Assembly (NCBI GenBank): GCA_900088475.1
Contig: FLMG01003894.1
Location: 10,270-74,269 of the forward strand
Length of the DNA stretch: 64,000 bases
Direction: 5' to 3'
Origin: Hyphochytrium catenoides
Taxonomy: Eukaryota; Protista; Hyphochytriomycota
Shown here: in pieces, positions 25,938 to 38,643 of the stretch
Position numbering within the stretch: the first letter of the stretch is position 1
How the letters are laid out: every line of letters begins with the position of its first letter
Notes under the pieces: model-generated
Seen by the model: the letters and a program-made list of their open reading frames with translations, nothing else
What the model was told of the DNA's origin: nothing
Database searches by the model: none
Position numbers and translations under genes: made by a program

Positions 25938-28900
25938 CTACCAGTCCTCGTCAAGCACCTCCAGCCTATCGCAAAACTTCTTCACTTCGTCCTGAAGCCG
26001 CGAGACGAGCTCTTGTGACAGTGCTGAGGATTCTGATCGAATGGTAGATGGCATTCGGGCCAAAGAGAGAGAGCGTGGCAAAAGGGGAGAAGGGGGAAAA
26101 GACATGTCGATGAGGCAGGGGAGATTGCAATAGAAGCTATCGTTAGATGACCGTGGCACCAGGCAGGCGGGAGGTTATCTGAATACAAGGAAAGAGACAA
26201 TCTAGACTCCAACCTTCTGGATGGCTGTTCACTCAATGATGGGAAGACATAAGCAATATCAGGCTGTGTATCAGTAGCAGACAGGGACGTAAACCTTGCT
26301 TTCCATTCAGCACCATCAAGATTATCCATCGAGGGACAAGGCTCTTGAGAGACGAGTCTGTCTTTACGTCTTACCTTCAATCTCTCTCAGAGTATTGGGG
26401 GCGTGCACCTGAAGATGCTCTACCAGCGCCGTGTACGTATCGGCCAGGCCCTTTGGATCTTTGGGAAAGAACTTGAGGAAATCCGAGGTCACCAGGACTA
26501 GAGCAAGTAGAGAGTCCAGACGTTTGAACGACGAAGAAACGTCCTGCACAGGTAAAAGTCGTGAGCCATAAGCGAGAAGCGCCATGTGGAGAGTGCGAGG
26601 GAGGACGGAAGGCAGACGCTTCCTCTATTGAAAGGTTCAAAAGAGCAATGAACAGGATCGGACATTGGTAGGAGAGTACCACATAGAGGAGAGAAGACAG
26701 CGGTGTGCAAATGCTATTCCGGAAGCGTAAGGAGTCCTGGACATGACCAGAGGTTGCCTTATAGAGGAAGCTTTGAGCTTGGAGAAGCTGAGCGAGGGGA
26801 AAAGAAGTCTCCGGCACCTCTGAGTACAGCATTTGGATCTTGGATCTATCACTTAGCGCCTCAATCACGTCAAGCTCAGGCCGCAGACCAAAATCTTTAG
26901 CGACCTCTGCGCTCGTGGCAAGCTGATTGTACTGAGAGAGGAGCCCTCGCATGACCTAGAAAGAGCACAGTTTGAGATACACAAGGAGGGAGAATGAGAT
27001 AGAGGCAAAAGATGAGAACGGGAGGCTCGTAAAGGCTGACGAAAGGACAGAGAGCCCAATTATTCTTGCTGACGGAGTGCCAGACACAGGAGAGCGGCGG
27101 AGACCAACAGGGAATCGCCAACGAGACAAACACCGACAGCCTGTTACATCGTCTAGGACAGAGTGAGACAAAAGGAACGCGATGGCCTACCTGCACTAAG
27201 GAGGCTAAAGCTGGGTCTTGATAGGGCGCGGGACGCAGAGAAGCACCGGGTGCTAGACAGTTAATGGCCGGGAACGTCTATCCGGTTGTCGATGTGAGAG
27301 AATCTCAGGGGAAGAGAAAAGGACTACGGAACTGGTTGACTTCAATATGAAAAAGAGATATAGATGCGGTGCAGACGCTTGAAGAGTACTAGAAGAGAGG
27401 ATGGAAACTGAGAGTAGCTTCATTGGCGCTCACCTTCTCTCTGACAAGGTTAGCGTCCAGCAGGACATGGCTGTCATGCATTGAGGCGATTATCTCGGGG
27501 GTCCCTACGGCCAACGCACAGCAGATTAGAGGCACTCTTCATCCCATAACTTCCAAGGAGAAGCGCCGGACTGAGACGCCGCGTCCCAAACTGGATGGCT
27601 GAGAAAGGTCGCAATGTAAACAAGCACAGGCTCTCTCGCTCATAGATCAAATAAGAGAGGAAAGGAGAGAGATGTCGAAGCACGGAGGGGGGGGGGGGCA
27701 CGCGGTCGTATACCAAGAAGCCATATGGGACGTAGAGAGACAGTGTATAGATAGCAAGGACGGGCCAATGCGCCGATTAAGCTTGACACGGTCAGTACAT
27801 TTCGTAGGTCTTACCGCCTGTAGTGCTTCCTTCCCCGCGTTGCAGATTGCAAAGAGAGAGGACAGTAATAGAACCGCCGCCACTGGCAGGTGACAACGCT
27901 CCTGCACGCTCTAGTAGTGGACCATGAACAGACACTCCTCTACGGTTGTACAGGGGCAGAAGCATCGCGCGTGCTAGCTCCTCATACGCCTGACAAACAG
28001 GCGGATGGAATGAGGAGTCCGAACAGTAGACGAGGACAATCGCAGCATTTGATCGAATGCCAGAGCGTTATTTGGACTCCTTCTCACTAAGACTTACCGC
28101 TGCATGCATGCCGAGGTCATCGAACACCACAAAAGCGTCCTCTCCCCGATCTCGGAAGTGCTCTGCTAGAGAACAGCCCGCCAAGGGGGCGAGGTAGCGA
28201 AGAGAGGCAGGGTCATCGCTGCAGGCGGCAATCACTGAGCAGTGAGCCAGCGCTCCCCGAGCCTTCAGGGCTGCGACAATCTTCTGTAGGCCGAGCCTGA
28301 AAGAGGAAAAAAATGAAAGGAGAAGTGAGCAGACCTCCATTATCGGTCGTGATACGGAGCTTAAGAAACACGACTCAATAATAGTAGAGCAAAAAGGCGG
28401 CTGACAGGAGAGAGACAGAGACCAGCATGAGAACCTGCTTTGGCCAACGTAGACGTAGACGCAGTGCATGCGAGAAGCATTAGTCTCTCTCTGCTCACAA
28501 AGGTTTGAGATGATGTCAACCGCCAGAGATGATTTTCCTGTGCCCCTGCAACAACATGAAAGATTAGAGAAAGAAAGGCTAAACAGAGGATGAATGGGGG
28601 ATTGGGGAGAGGCAAGACCAGACACAAATGAGGAAGCGATAAAGCGGCCATTCGAAGGCAATATAAGAGATATAAAGAGGTTTCTAAGGGTTTCCACTTA
28701 CTGCTCACCGAGAACCGCTACTCTGCTGCCATAAGCGAGCGGATGGAAGACATCGATGATCTTAACTCCAGTGACTAGTCGCCGGGTCAGTCTGTCCCGA
28801 GCCAGCAGTCGAGGAACAGGCCCAAAGACAGAGGAATCCTAATTTATGTGGAGGATGAAGGTTGAGGGATAAGGAACTAAGAGAATCTCTTTACTTTGTC

Positions 28901-29708
28901 ACGCTCCTTCTACTTTTTAGGTGACGACTTGTCTCCAAGCGGTCGTTGTATATCTCCCGTGGCCCCTTAGAGATCCTATCCTCTCACCTCTGGGCTGTAG
29001 GCCTCGACCTCTCCATCCAACGGTCTTCCCAAGGGGTCAATGACGCGTCCCTCCAATATGGAGCCCACTGGCACGGTGAGAGCCTTTCCAGTCGCCTGAA
29101 TAAGTGTTCCTCTCTATCGAGTTAGGAAGACCGCAGGTGAGAGTAACAAGAATCACCGAGGTTTTGGGTCGACGCCTTGGAATGGAGGGTAGAGAGGGGA
29201 AAGCGAGGATGGCTATGGCTGACACAAAAGGCTGTAGGACATTGAGAAGAGACACATCTTTGCCAGAGAAGAACGATGAAGAGAGTTGGATTTTATCGCT
29301 TTGAAGAAAGGGATGGGAACAGGCATTACGTTGCCCAGAAAGAGACTGGACGAAATGGTAAACAGAGAAGAGAGCTGAGGTGTAGACCTTCAGTCCCCGT
29401 TCTTTGCCTAGCACAGCTATTGATACTGTTTTCCTGTCCAGACGGAGGATAAATCCGCGTACTGGGGGTGATGTATGAATGATCACTTCCTCTCCCAACT
29501 TCGCTGTCTTCAGTCCTAGAGAGTGGCAGGAACCAACAGCATTAGAGCCAGGGCCAGGAGAGGAGCTATGGATTTGATAGGAGAATAAGGGAGCTATCGT
29601 GAAGTAAGTGGCGTGCACGCGTGGGCGAGAGAGAGAGAGAAGGAAATAGAGGGGAAAGAAGGAGGGAAGAGAGAGAAAGAGAGAAAGAGAAAGAGAGAGA
29701 GAGAGAGG

Positions 29709-29746
<38 letters not shown>

Positions 29747-30314
29747 AGGGAGAGGAAGGGAGCAGTCTTCCACGGAGAGGGCAGGTGGGAAGTCGTGGTC
29801 TTTAGGATCACATTACGAACTTGTGCGATAAGGGCCTCAGACACTTGTGAAGAACTTACCATTGGCTATCACAATGCCTCTAAGAACCTCCAGCAGCTCC
29901 CCTTCATCCTCTGAGCGCGGCGTTGCCTGAGTCGTCTTGCTGAGAATTTGCTTAAAGAGTACCTGGGAATCTTCAGAGGGAGAGACTGGCCGGTTGCCTT
30001 CCCTCTGGGCAGCTGGCGCAGTGTTATGGAATGCTCGTATTCGCGCGGGTGAGCACTCGGCAGCGGTGACCACCGAGCTGAGGCTCTGAGGTGTAGCACA
30101 CACAAGGGCCCATTGACTGCAAAGACAAAGGAGGTCGCTCTAAGATCATGGCGAGAATGTTGGAGACTAACCGGAGGGAAGTAAGAGAGAAAGACTTCAT
30201 ATAATGGCCTGTAGGAAGACCAGGACGTGAGCGGTCATACGCCTACCTGCGACGGGCAACGCAATGCGTCGTTGCTGCACTAAGCCGACCTCGGATCAAT
30301 CTCGCTCTTCTCAT
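25938..30314 (-). CDS. Highly divergent F1-ATP synthase alpha-subunit-like protein with Arg-rich mitochondrial-type presequence, 12 or more exons
   Basis: Colinear alpha motifs: [141 protein letters not shown], LSQY. Some internal exon borders uncertain. Confidence 0.82.
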
Positions 30315-31102
30315 ATCGTCGTCTTCTGCTTTCCTACAGCTCTACGAGGAGCAGGGTCCCACTATACAGTCTTACACTATGTGGTCCACATGTCAGGGGA
30401 ATCTCCGTTCTCTGGGTCCCCAGATGGCTCTTGCAATCAACGTGGGATTCAAACAAGGGGCAAATCAGAAGGACCGGTACGGGTGACTCGCGCACCCCCA
30501 AGGTAGCTTGGCTCTGATCAATGTGGGTCACTGTGGGTCTACGCGCTCAAGCTGCACTCCCAACGTCGCTGGCCTTTCTGTCGTCTTCGCCCAGATCTAA
30601 GCGCTGCTGCTCCTCCTCTTGACCCTGTCCTGTCCTGTTCTGCTGTTGCTCTTGTCTCCTCAGTGACTTTCACTCTTCCTTCAGCAGCCTCAGCAGCGCC
30701 AACATCCGCATCTTTCTTTGTGAAGATTATTGGCCACCTCATGGCCGTTAGCGGTAACCATTCAGTACTCCTCCAGGAGAGGATGAACGGCGGCAAAGGG
30801 AAAGGTGCTGCAGAGTGTCGGGGATGCTCTTCCGTGTGCCTCCACCGCCTATCTCTATTTACCTCTGTCTCGATATAACATGAAGTGTTTACACTGTATA
30901 AGGTAATCTAGTGGCCAATCTGTGTCTCTGTGTTTCTTGTCCCGATTGCCTTCTCGTTTCCATCGCAAGCAGGCCGCCGACTGGAGTGGAGATTTTAACC
31001 GCAATGACGGGGCTCTAAAGAGCGTTGAACACGAGCTGCGCGGAGAACATAGGGAACTTTGAAGCTATTCTTAGAGCTTTGCTCACCTGTTGACTAGGAA
31101 GG

Positions 31103-32243
31103 ATGAAGAAAAGAATCGCCTTTAGGAAGCTTGGCAGGGACACTGCTCATCGCTGGGCTATGCTCAGGTTGGCGAAACCTCCTCGTGCTTTGTCTGCGGC
31201 CCTCTGCTCATCCCTTGCCTTTCACATTCACCACCTGGTCTATTGCGTTCTCCTCATTCTTCCTCTCTTGTTATGTACTTCCTTGGCTGAGCTGGAGCAC
31301 GTTCCTCAGCCACAACTGGGAGTTCGGCCTATTTACCCGGCAGACAGTCTCATAACGTTGTCCTAACCTCCACCCTCCTGGTCCCCCGTCTGGCGCGTGA
31401 TCGTAGGACGATGGTAACCCAGCTGATCCAACACGAGAGGATCCGCACCACCACTCCCAAGGCCAAGGAGCTAAGACGGGTGGCAGACCAAATGGTCACG
31501 CTGGCCAAGCAAGGTGAGGCCAGTGGCACATTACCAGCGTGGGCGCTTCCTAGTCTTCGTCTGCTTTGGTTCCTGTCGTTTCTTCTCTTCTCTTGTGTCC
31601 GGTCGTTACCGAAGAGGATCACCTTGTTCCTAGCTGTGATCCCCATCACTTTTGGTGGTACCTTCCGGCTCTTTACTTCAGCTAACATTTCTTGTTCCCG
31701 CCCTGCTGCCGCCCTTCCCCCATAAAGGCGGCCGTCACCACTTTCTAATGGCCAGAGCTGTAGTGCGCGATGCGCCCACCACCAGGAAGCTCTTCGACGT
31801 ATTTGGCCCTCGCTACAAGTAGGAGGCGCACTCGGTGTATCGTCTCGCTTGCGATCAACTTGCTTCTGCCTTCTGCACAATCCCATTCGACTCCTACTTG
31901 GCAGGGGATCTGCCTTCTTTGATACATAGCTGACTTTTGATATGCAGGGAGCGTGAGGGTGGATACACGCGTGTAATAAAGTTGCACAGGCGACGAGGTG
32001 ACAATGCAGACATGAGTATTATAGAGTTTATTGACAGGTCAGAGGAGATCCTGCTGCTAGATATTGCCTTTTCACAGCCTGCGTACTTCTCTTTTCTCCT
32101 TGTGGAAAGCTTTCTGCTCTTTGCGCATCCTTGGTCTGACCCTTAGCGCCTCTCAATGGCTTGTTACATTTAGAACTGGAGAGATCAGGACCCCTCGGCC
32201 TCCGCAGCAGCGAGATCTCGGTTTGAAGGACCTCGTAGTTTAA
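31103..32243 (+). CDS. rpl17: Bacterial-type ribosomal protein L17 (probably mitochondrial), 5 exons
   Basis: [86 protein letters not shown]. Confidence 0.93.
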
Positions 32244-32319
32244 AGGCGTAGGACCGTCGTTCCATTACATTGTAGTCGATACCCTCCGCCTTCTCTATCA
32301 ACTCTATATCTGGCAGGAA

Positions 32320-34634
32320 TTACGTCTGGCCCCAGTTTGCCCTCTGACATAGCCGTGAGCAAAGTCCCGCTAGCTGCAGTGGACCGCCGACTCCATCAGC
32401 TATTCTCATGTGCGTAAAGCCAATCTCCTACAGTCCGCAATGAGAGATGAAGGAGGCCTTAGTACTTCAGGTTCACTTCTAAAATAACCTAATACAATTG
32501 AGAGCGATGACGTGGAGCACGGTTCCGTCCCGGTACTTTGACCTCCAATCCCTCTCAAGCTCCTGCCCGACCCGGTCCAGCAACTATACTTTCCGATCTA
32601 CCTCTATTTCTCCACTGACCTTTATGAGTTCGAGCTTTAGAGGCTCAGGGATGTCGTAAAACTTTAGCACCCGGAACAGAGTGCCAATGATATCTAGTGA
32701 AGAGTAGCCTGAGAGGACATACAAAGGCTTAGATGAAGGTAGAAAGGGTGATAGGATACATGTCCACCAGCTTTACCCATCTCGAAGAGCTGTAGAATCT
32801 TGTCTGTGGCCACCTTCAGCTGTCCAGTGACGCAGCTCTCTACTATCGTCCGGATCACTACAGGATGGGGCTGGTCGCACACCTGCACCATAAGGTACGA
32901 GTATGAAAACACGAGCAATGGCATCGCGATAAGAGCAAGGAGGGACACAATCACACCGACGCAGATGGGAAAAATGCCAAATCTCTAAAAAATGCTCAAG
33001 AATGCTCTTCTCCGTGGTGGGGGTAGCTTCAGTCTGTTATGTCACCCTTTGACCGTAGTTCTTAATCTCATGTTCCATCCTGCTCAACCCAAGCGAGTGT
33101 CACATCGCTTGCTCCTCCCTCATCCCTCTTTTCTAGTCAGCCTCTCTCAGGGATAGATGTCAGTTACTTGACGGACCTTGAAGACATTCGTATCATTGAC
33201 AAACTGGAACCCTGCATAAGTGGCCTGGAGGTTGTTGATCGCATTCCTCATGTCGCCCTCAGCCGTGAAGATTAACGCCTCCAAGCCCTGGTCTGTGTAT
33301 TCGATCTGCAGTCACGATGGTTAGTATGACACCTATTAAGGAAGGGGATGAGGTTACAGACCCATTAAGGCTCAAGACAAGAGAGAGGTGACGGTTTATA
33401 TTAAGGATGACTGTGCAAGTGTGAGGTTACGGAGGACGATGGGCCTTTCCAACACCTTTTCATTCTTGCAGACATCCAATAACCGAGATAGGATCATCTC
33501 ATCCTTCAGAAGTGAGTAGCGCAAGATGGCGCATCGACTCTGGGAGGAGAGAGAAGAGGCGTCAGCTCCACGCAAGGCGATTCTTGCTGGTCAATGCAAG
33601 AGGAGCAAACAGGAAACAGAGGACATGCCAGGCAGCTGCGAAAACAAGTGCAGGGCTAGATATATGATGGGGAGATGAGGACTTGTCACCCACGCTAGGG
33701 CCACAGAAAGGATAGGAAAGAGAGCAGAGACCTGTATGGGTTCGATAATCTTTGTGGAGTTATTGCAGGCTAACGCAAAGCGGGTGGTGCTGGAGAAGAG
33801 CTCCATCGTACGTCTCAAAGCTTGCTGCGCCGCTTCTGTCATGCTGTGGGTTGATAATGCGTTGGATAAGAAAGCGTTGTCAGCGCATGTGGTACAGCCA
33901 AGGCGAACTAAGGGAGATGGACGAAGAGTGGCCTTAGCGCTGTTTTACCTGTCCGCTTCATCGAGAACGATGATCTTGTGCTTTCCTGGAGGCAGCGTGA
34001 CCTTCTTCTTCGCAAAGTCTTTGATCTTATTCCTGACTACATCGATTCCCCTGGGACCGCCAAAGATAGATAGCGCGCAGGAGTCAGGTGAGGTAATATA
34101 GACTAAAGGAGGAAAGGCTTCGAAGCAGACTGAGTTGTCGGGCCTCAAGGATCTAGATAGGAGAATATCTTTGACTCCCATCTTTGACTCCTTTGATTTA
34201 GTGAGGAATAAGCTCACCTGTCATCTGAAGCGTTCAACTCGAGCACAGCATCCTTGAAGGAGTCACCTAGCAGCTCGTGGGCCAAGCATAGGATGCTGGT
34301 GGTTTTACCTGTCCCTGGAGGACCCTGCCAGGCTCAGGTAAGAAAGAGCCAATGGACAAGAGGGGGGAAGGGCATGCGTTACCGAGAGGATAATATTGGG
34401 CATGTTTCCCTCCTGTGCAATAACTCTGAGCCTTTCAACTGTGTCCTCGTTGCCGACCACATCCTTCAGCTGCAGATGTCAGCAGCAATGAAGAGCAGGA
34501 TGGGGGAGAGAAGAGGGTTAGATTATATATAAAGCACTTCCAAGATTCACTCAGCGCTGCCCTACCCGCTGTGGTCTATACTTTTCTACCCATGGAGCCT
34601 CGTACTCCATCGTAGCTTCGCCCATCAGAGTCAT
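32320..34634 (-). CDS. RFC2: Replication factor C small subunit (human RFC2 / yeast Rfc4 type), about 10 exons
   Basis: [110 protein letters not shown]. Confidence 0.95.
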
Positions 34635-35125
34635 TGTCCTTTCTTTAGACTCGACTCAAGGCCTGCAAGAGGAGCAAGTCAAGGAGACCTTGACCGACGA
34701 GGATGCACTATAGCGCTCCGGCGTCTGAGCTCTGAAATGAGCGTGGTCCGCAATAACGATTATTAAAAGGAGGAGGAGGAGGAACGCCAGAGTGACGGAG
34801 ACCTTACACAGGTTGATGCAGCCTAAAGGCTAGAATGTGTGAGAGTTTTTATGAGTCTCTTTCTGCCAAATCCTCCCCCACCTCTCTCTCTCTCTTTCTC
34901 TCTATGTCTCTCTCTCCCCCTCTCTCTCTCCTGTCTCTCCCCCTCCTGTCTCTCTCTCTTCTGTCTCTCTCTCTCCTGTCTCTCTGTCTCTCTCTCTCTG
35001 TGTTCGCGCCTTGAACCTTTTGCTTCCCGCCAAATTATTCTCCTTACGAACTCGTCTATTTTAGGACACTGATTCATAATAAGTAGAAATTCAAATTTAG
35101 TTATTCCGTATAAATAGTCTATATT

Positions 35126-38100
35126 TTATAGTCTGGCGGGGTGGGTGGGCCGCCCCGACTGGCGGATGGGCTGGCCGCGCGTGGCATCACGGAGCGCATC
35201 GATCATCTTCTCCAGCGCCCAGTCTGGGAGCTCCGGCGTCACAGGCAGGTAGACAATGCTGCGGAGGGCAGGGCCGAGCCGTGAAGGGCCAAGCAGGCGA
35301 GCAGAAGAGAAAGAGATAAGGACACGAGCTACCAACACCAAAAAAGAGCATGATAGAAAGCGCATCGCATAAGAAGGAAAAGGAGCGAGTAAGGACATCA
35401 GACACACAGAATCAGACGAGGCGATGGTGCGAATAGGACCCAACAGGAGACCAGGAAATGCAAGGAAGAGACTGAGATAGTGGTGCATAGAGACACTGGG
35501 AAGGCTAGTTAAGGAGGGAAGCTAGAAGAGTAGGAACGGTATGGCGAGGTAGAAGTCTGGGCGGAGTCAAGCGCATGACGTAGTCAAAGGCGAACAGAAC
35601 GTAGTCAAGCCAATGGCTCTGTCCGTACCTTCCCATCATTTCTGTACTCTGAGCATTCTCCTTCACATGCTCACTCTTGGCATACCTGCGGCCAGATTAT
35701 GAGCGTGCCTGTGCGATGAGGGGCACTGTCTCTGTCATTCGTGTCTGTCGCTTTGATACTGGCCTATGACAGCCGCCATCCCTCTCCTGGTCTCATACCC
35801 TCTTCCGCTGCTGTTAGCCTCCTTCCACCCACCCTTACTACCATATTGTCCTTTCTTTGAGTTGACACCTAGGTCGTCTCTCTCCCTCTACCAGCGCTTC
35901 CTCAGTCTCACCGATGCACGGAACCGAGCTGCGTGGTCCCCTGGGTGACATCAAAGCCCTAAGGTAAGGGAGAGAATAGGAGCACAGGACAGTGCCGTTA
36001 TTCTCGAGCAGAGTACGAGATGAACATACGAACGCTGGCAGTCACTATTGGCATGGAAGAGGCCCGGAGATGACGGCAAACATGTCTTGAAGTGCTCGAT
36101 ACACAAGGCAGACGGAGGCAACACATACTGCTAACAGCAAGCCGAAAGAGCGAGGCGGAGGGGGGATAGCAGCGCTAGCATTGTATCTCTTCATCAAAAA
36201 TGTTACCTCTCGAAGCATATGGTGACAGACAGACTTGGGATTCGCTACGATGACGGGGAAGAGCCAATAGGCGTGATATTGGGCTCCTTTGCCTGGAATC
36301 TGTAGCCAGAGCCGCAGAAAGTTGACGACAACGAGAGAGGTCAAGAGGGTAGATAGTGCTTGAAATGACCTTGGGGTCATGAGAAGCGATACCAGGAGAA
36401 GGAGAGAAAGAGCTCTCCAGGGAAACTCACCTGCACGGTCCGCACGTCCTTCAAGAGTTCCTCCACCTTTTGGCACTTCTGTCTATAGGACAAGGTTTAG
36501 TTTAGTTCAAGGTGACAGGGCAACACACCTTTCCCAGCAGCATTCCATAGATTGCCATGCCTCTCATCTCCTCCCCGCCAATTAACTACCAACCCACTTT
36601 TTGGGGCGCATCAGGCCTTCTCGGAGTCCTTTCTTCTTATCTTTTGGACACCTACCTCCGCTGGTCAAAATAGACAGAATCAAACGTAGTCAGACGTCTC
36701 CACAGCAAAGCAACAAGAGGCGTCGATGGCTGTTGCCTGATGAGGCGGAAAAAGTCCTCGCCTGCGAAACCTCTGATCATACTCGTGATCAGCTCGTCAT
36801 GATCCTCTGCCAGGGCGATTAGAAGGGGAAAATGGGAGTGCGAGAGTGAGAAGGGATATAGAAGGACGAGTGAGCGGGAAGAGTAAGAACCAGATTCTTC
36901 ATCACTAGAACGTCTGAGTAATCTAGATAAGGTAACAATTGACTCACTGCCGAGGGTCCTGCATCCCCTCACAAAGATTCCATAAAGAGCAGGAGAGCTC
37001 ATTGAGTGCAGCGCACTGTACTTCACGAGTCGCTGCATGAACTGAGTCCGCGGACGGACAGGGTACCTGATAAGAGCCAGGAATCAGAAGACTCAGGATT
37101 TAGACTGGAGAAGGCAGAGCAAGAATGTGGGGGAGAGAACCGGGGGCCGATCTCATTCCGTCTTCTAGCTCCTCTTCGTGAGGCACAGAGAATGAAGGAC
37201 CAAAGCTGCCCAGTATAGAGACGGAAAGAGGTGTCGATGAGCTTACGCAGCGTTGAGTTCTCTCATCCTCTTGAGAATTTTTTCATCCGCAACGCGCGCT
37301 ATGGAGCCACCAAAGGCTGTGGCTGTCTTGATAGTCCCAAAGCTGAAAAGAGAGATATCGGCGACCGGAGAACCTCGGTAAGAAGCCCCTTTATAGCACT
37401 CTGCACAATCCTACGAGCCATAAAGCATGGATGAGGAGAGCGGACGACAGCACCAAAAGAGCAAACAATGACTTTTCAGCGGCGAGGATGATGATATGTG
37501 CGGGGAACCATCCGCAGCCTATAGCAGTCTCTACGTTTTATTCTGGCTGCATTACCACCCTCCATTCTTCTTCAACCTACCTCTACAAGCAGGAGCCCAT
37601 GCTCCTTAGCCACCTTCGATATGCCGTCCAGGTTGTTCAATGTGCCGAAGATATGTGCGAAGACAATCATCTTGGACTTCTGCGAAGGTCAAGATACGCG
37701 GCAGGATGCAGAAGCACAGATGATTAGCGAGCAGCAGTGAGAGACAACGAGGGTCAATGCGCAAGATAAGGGTGAGACAGAGAGAAACGAAGAGGCAGAA
37801 ACCCTCGAAAAAGAAGAGGAGAGGCCTCGGTTGCCTCACTCACAGGGGAGATGCAGCGCTGGAGGGGCTCGACCGAGGGACCTAGGCTTCCTCCGTCTAG
37901 TTCGCAAGGGACAGGAACAAGCCCGTGGTGCTCGACGATGGCAACCATATCCTTGATTGTCACAGCGGACATGATGACTTCGGATCCTGGAGGCAGCCGA
38001 AGGGCCTGCAGCAAGAGATCGAAGGCCGTCCTGGGGAGACAGTCAGATTGGACATGGAGAGACATAGATAAAGAAGTTGGAGGGAAGGGGGATGAGGGGA

Positions 38101-38643
38101 GAGGTAGAAGGCGGAGGACAGAAGGCGGAGGACAGAAGGCGATCGGGAGTTGAGCGTCAACCTGACAGAGAGGGCGACCATGGCATCGGGGCTGCCGCGA
38201 TGCCGCCCGCTCCAGAACCTCTCAATCCGCTCTATGATTTCTGCGCGCTGGGTGTCCGGCGCCCTGAGGCTCTGAGAGATGCCGAACCACAGGTCGGAGA
38301 AGGAGACGTCCAGCCTCTTTCGCGGGAATATCGCCCATCGGCTCTTGGCCAGCCGCTGCTCCAGAGACCCTGAGGAATACCCCACAGTCAGAGTGAGGGC
38401 GAGAGGAAGCGAGACATAAGTGGATGTCTGACGGAGAATGAGGCAGCAAAGGCGGCCAATTAGAAGAGAGAAGAATTCTCAATGTGGGTGGCGGTGAGTG
38501 CTGGGAGGAGAGGGCAGAGAACAAGGAGAACTGCGGGAGGGTGAGAATGAGAAGCGACGTAGAGAGAGAGTCCAGCTTCCCAAGAAGCTATAGGGCGACA
38601 GACCGAAGGGCTTCAGGCTGCCCTCTCCCGCTGTGAGCGCCAT
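35126..38643 (-). CDS. PLP-dependent DegT/DnrJ/EryC1/StrS-like aminotransferase, multi-exon
   Basis: SVRTAFDLLLQALRLPPGSEVIMSAVTIKDM, VFAHIFG, LLVEDCAE, SFGTIKTATAFGG (PLP-binding Lys), YWLFPV, IVYLP. Start codon inferred. Confidence 0.82.
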
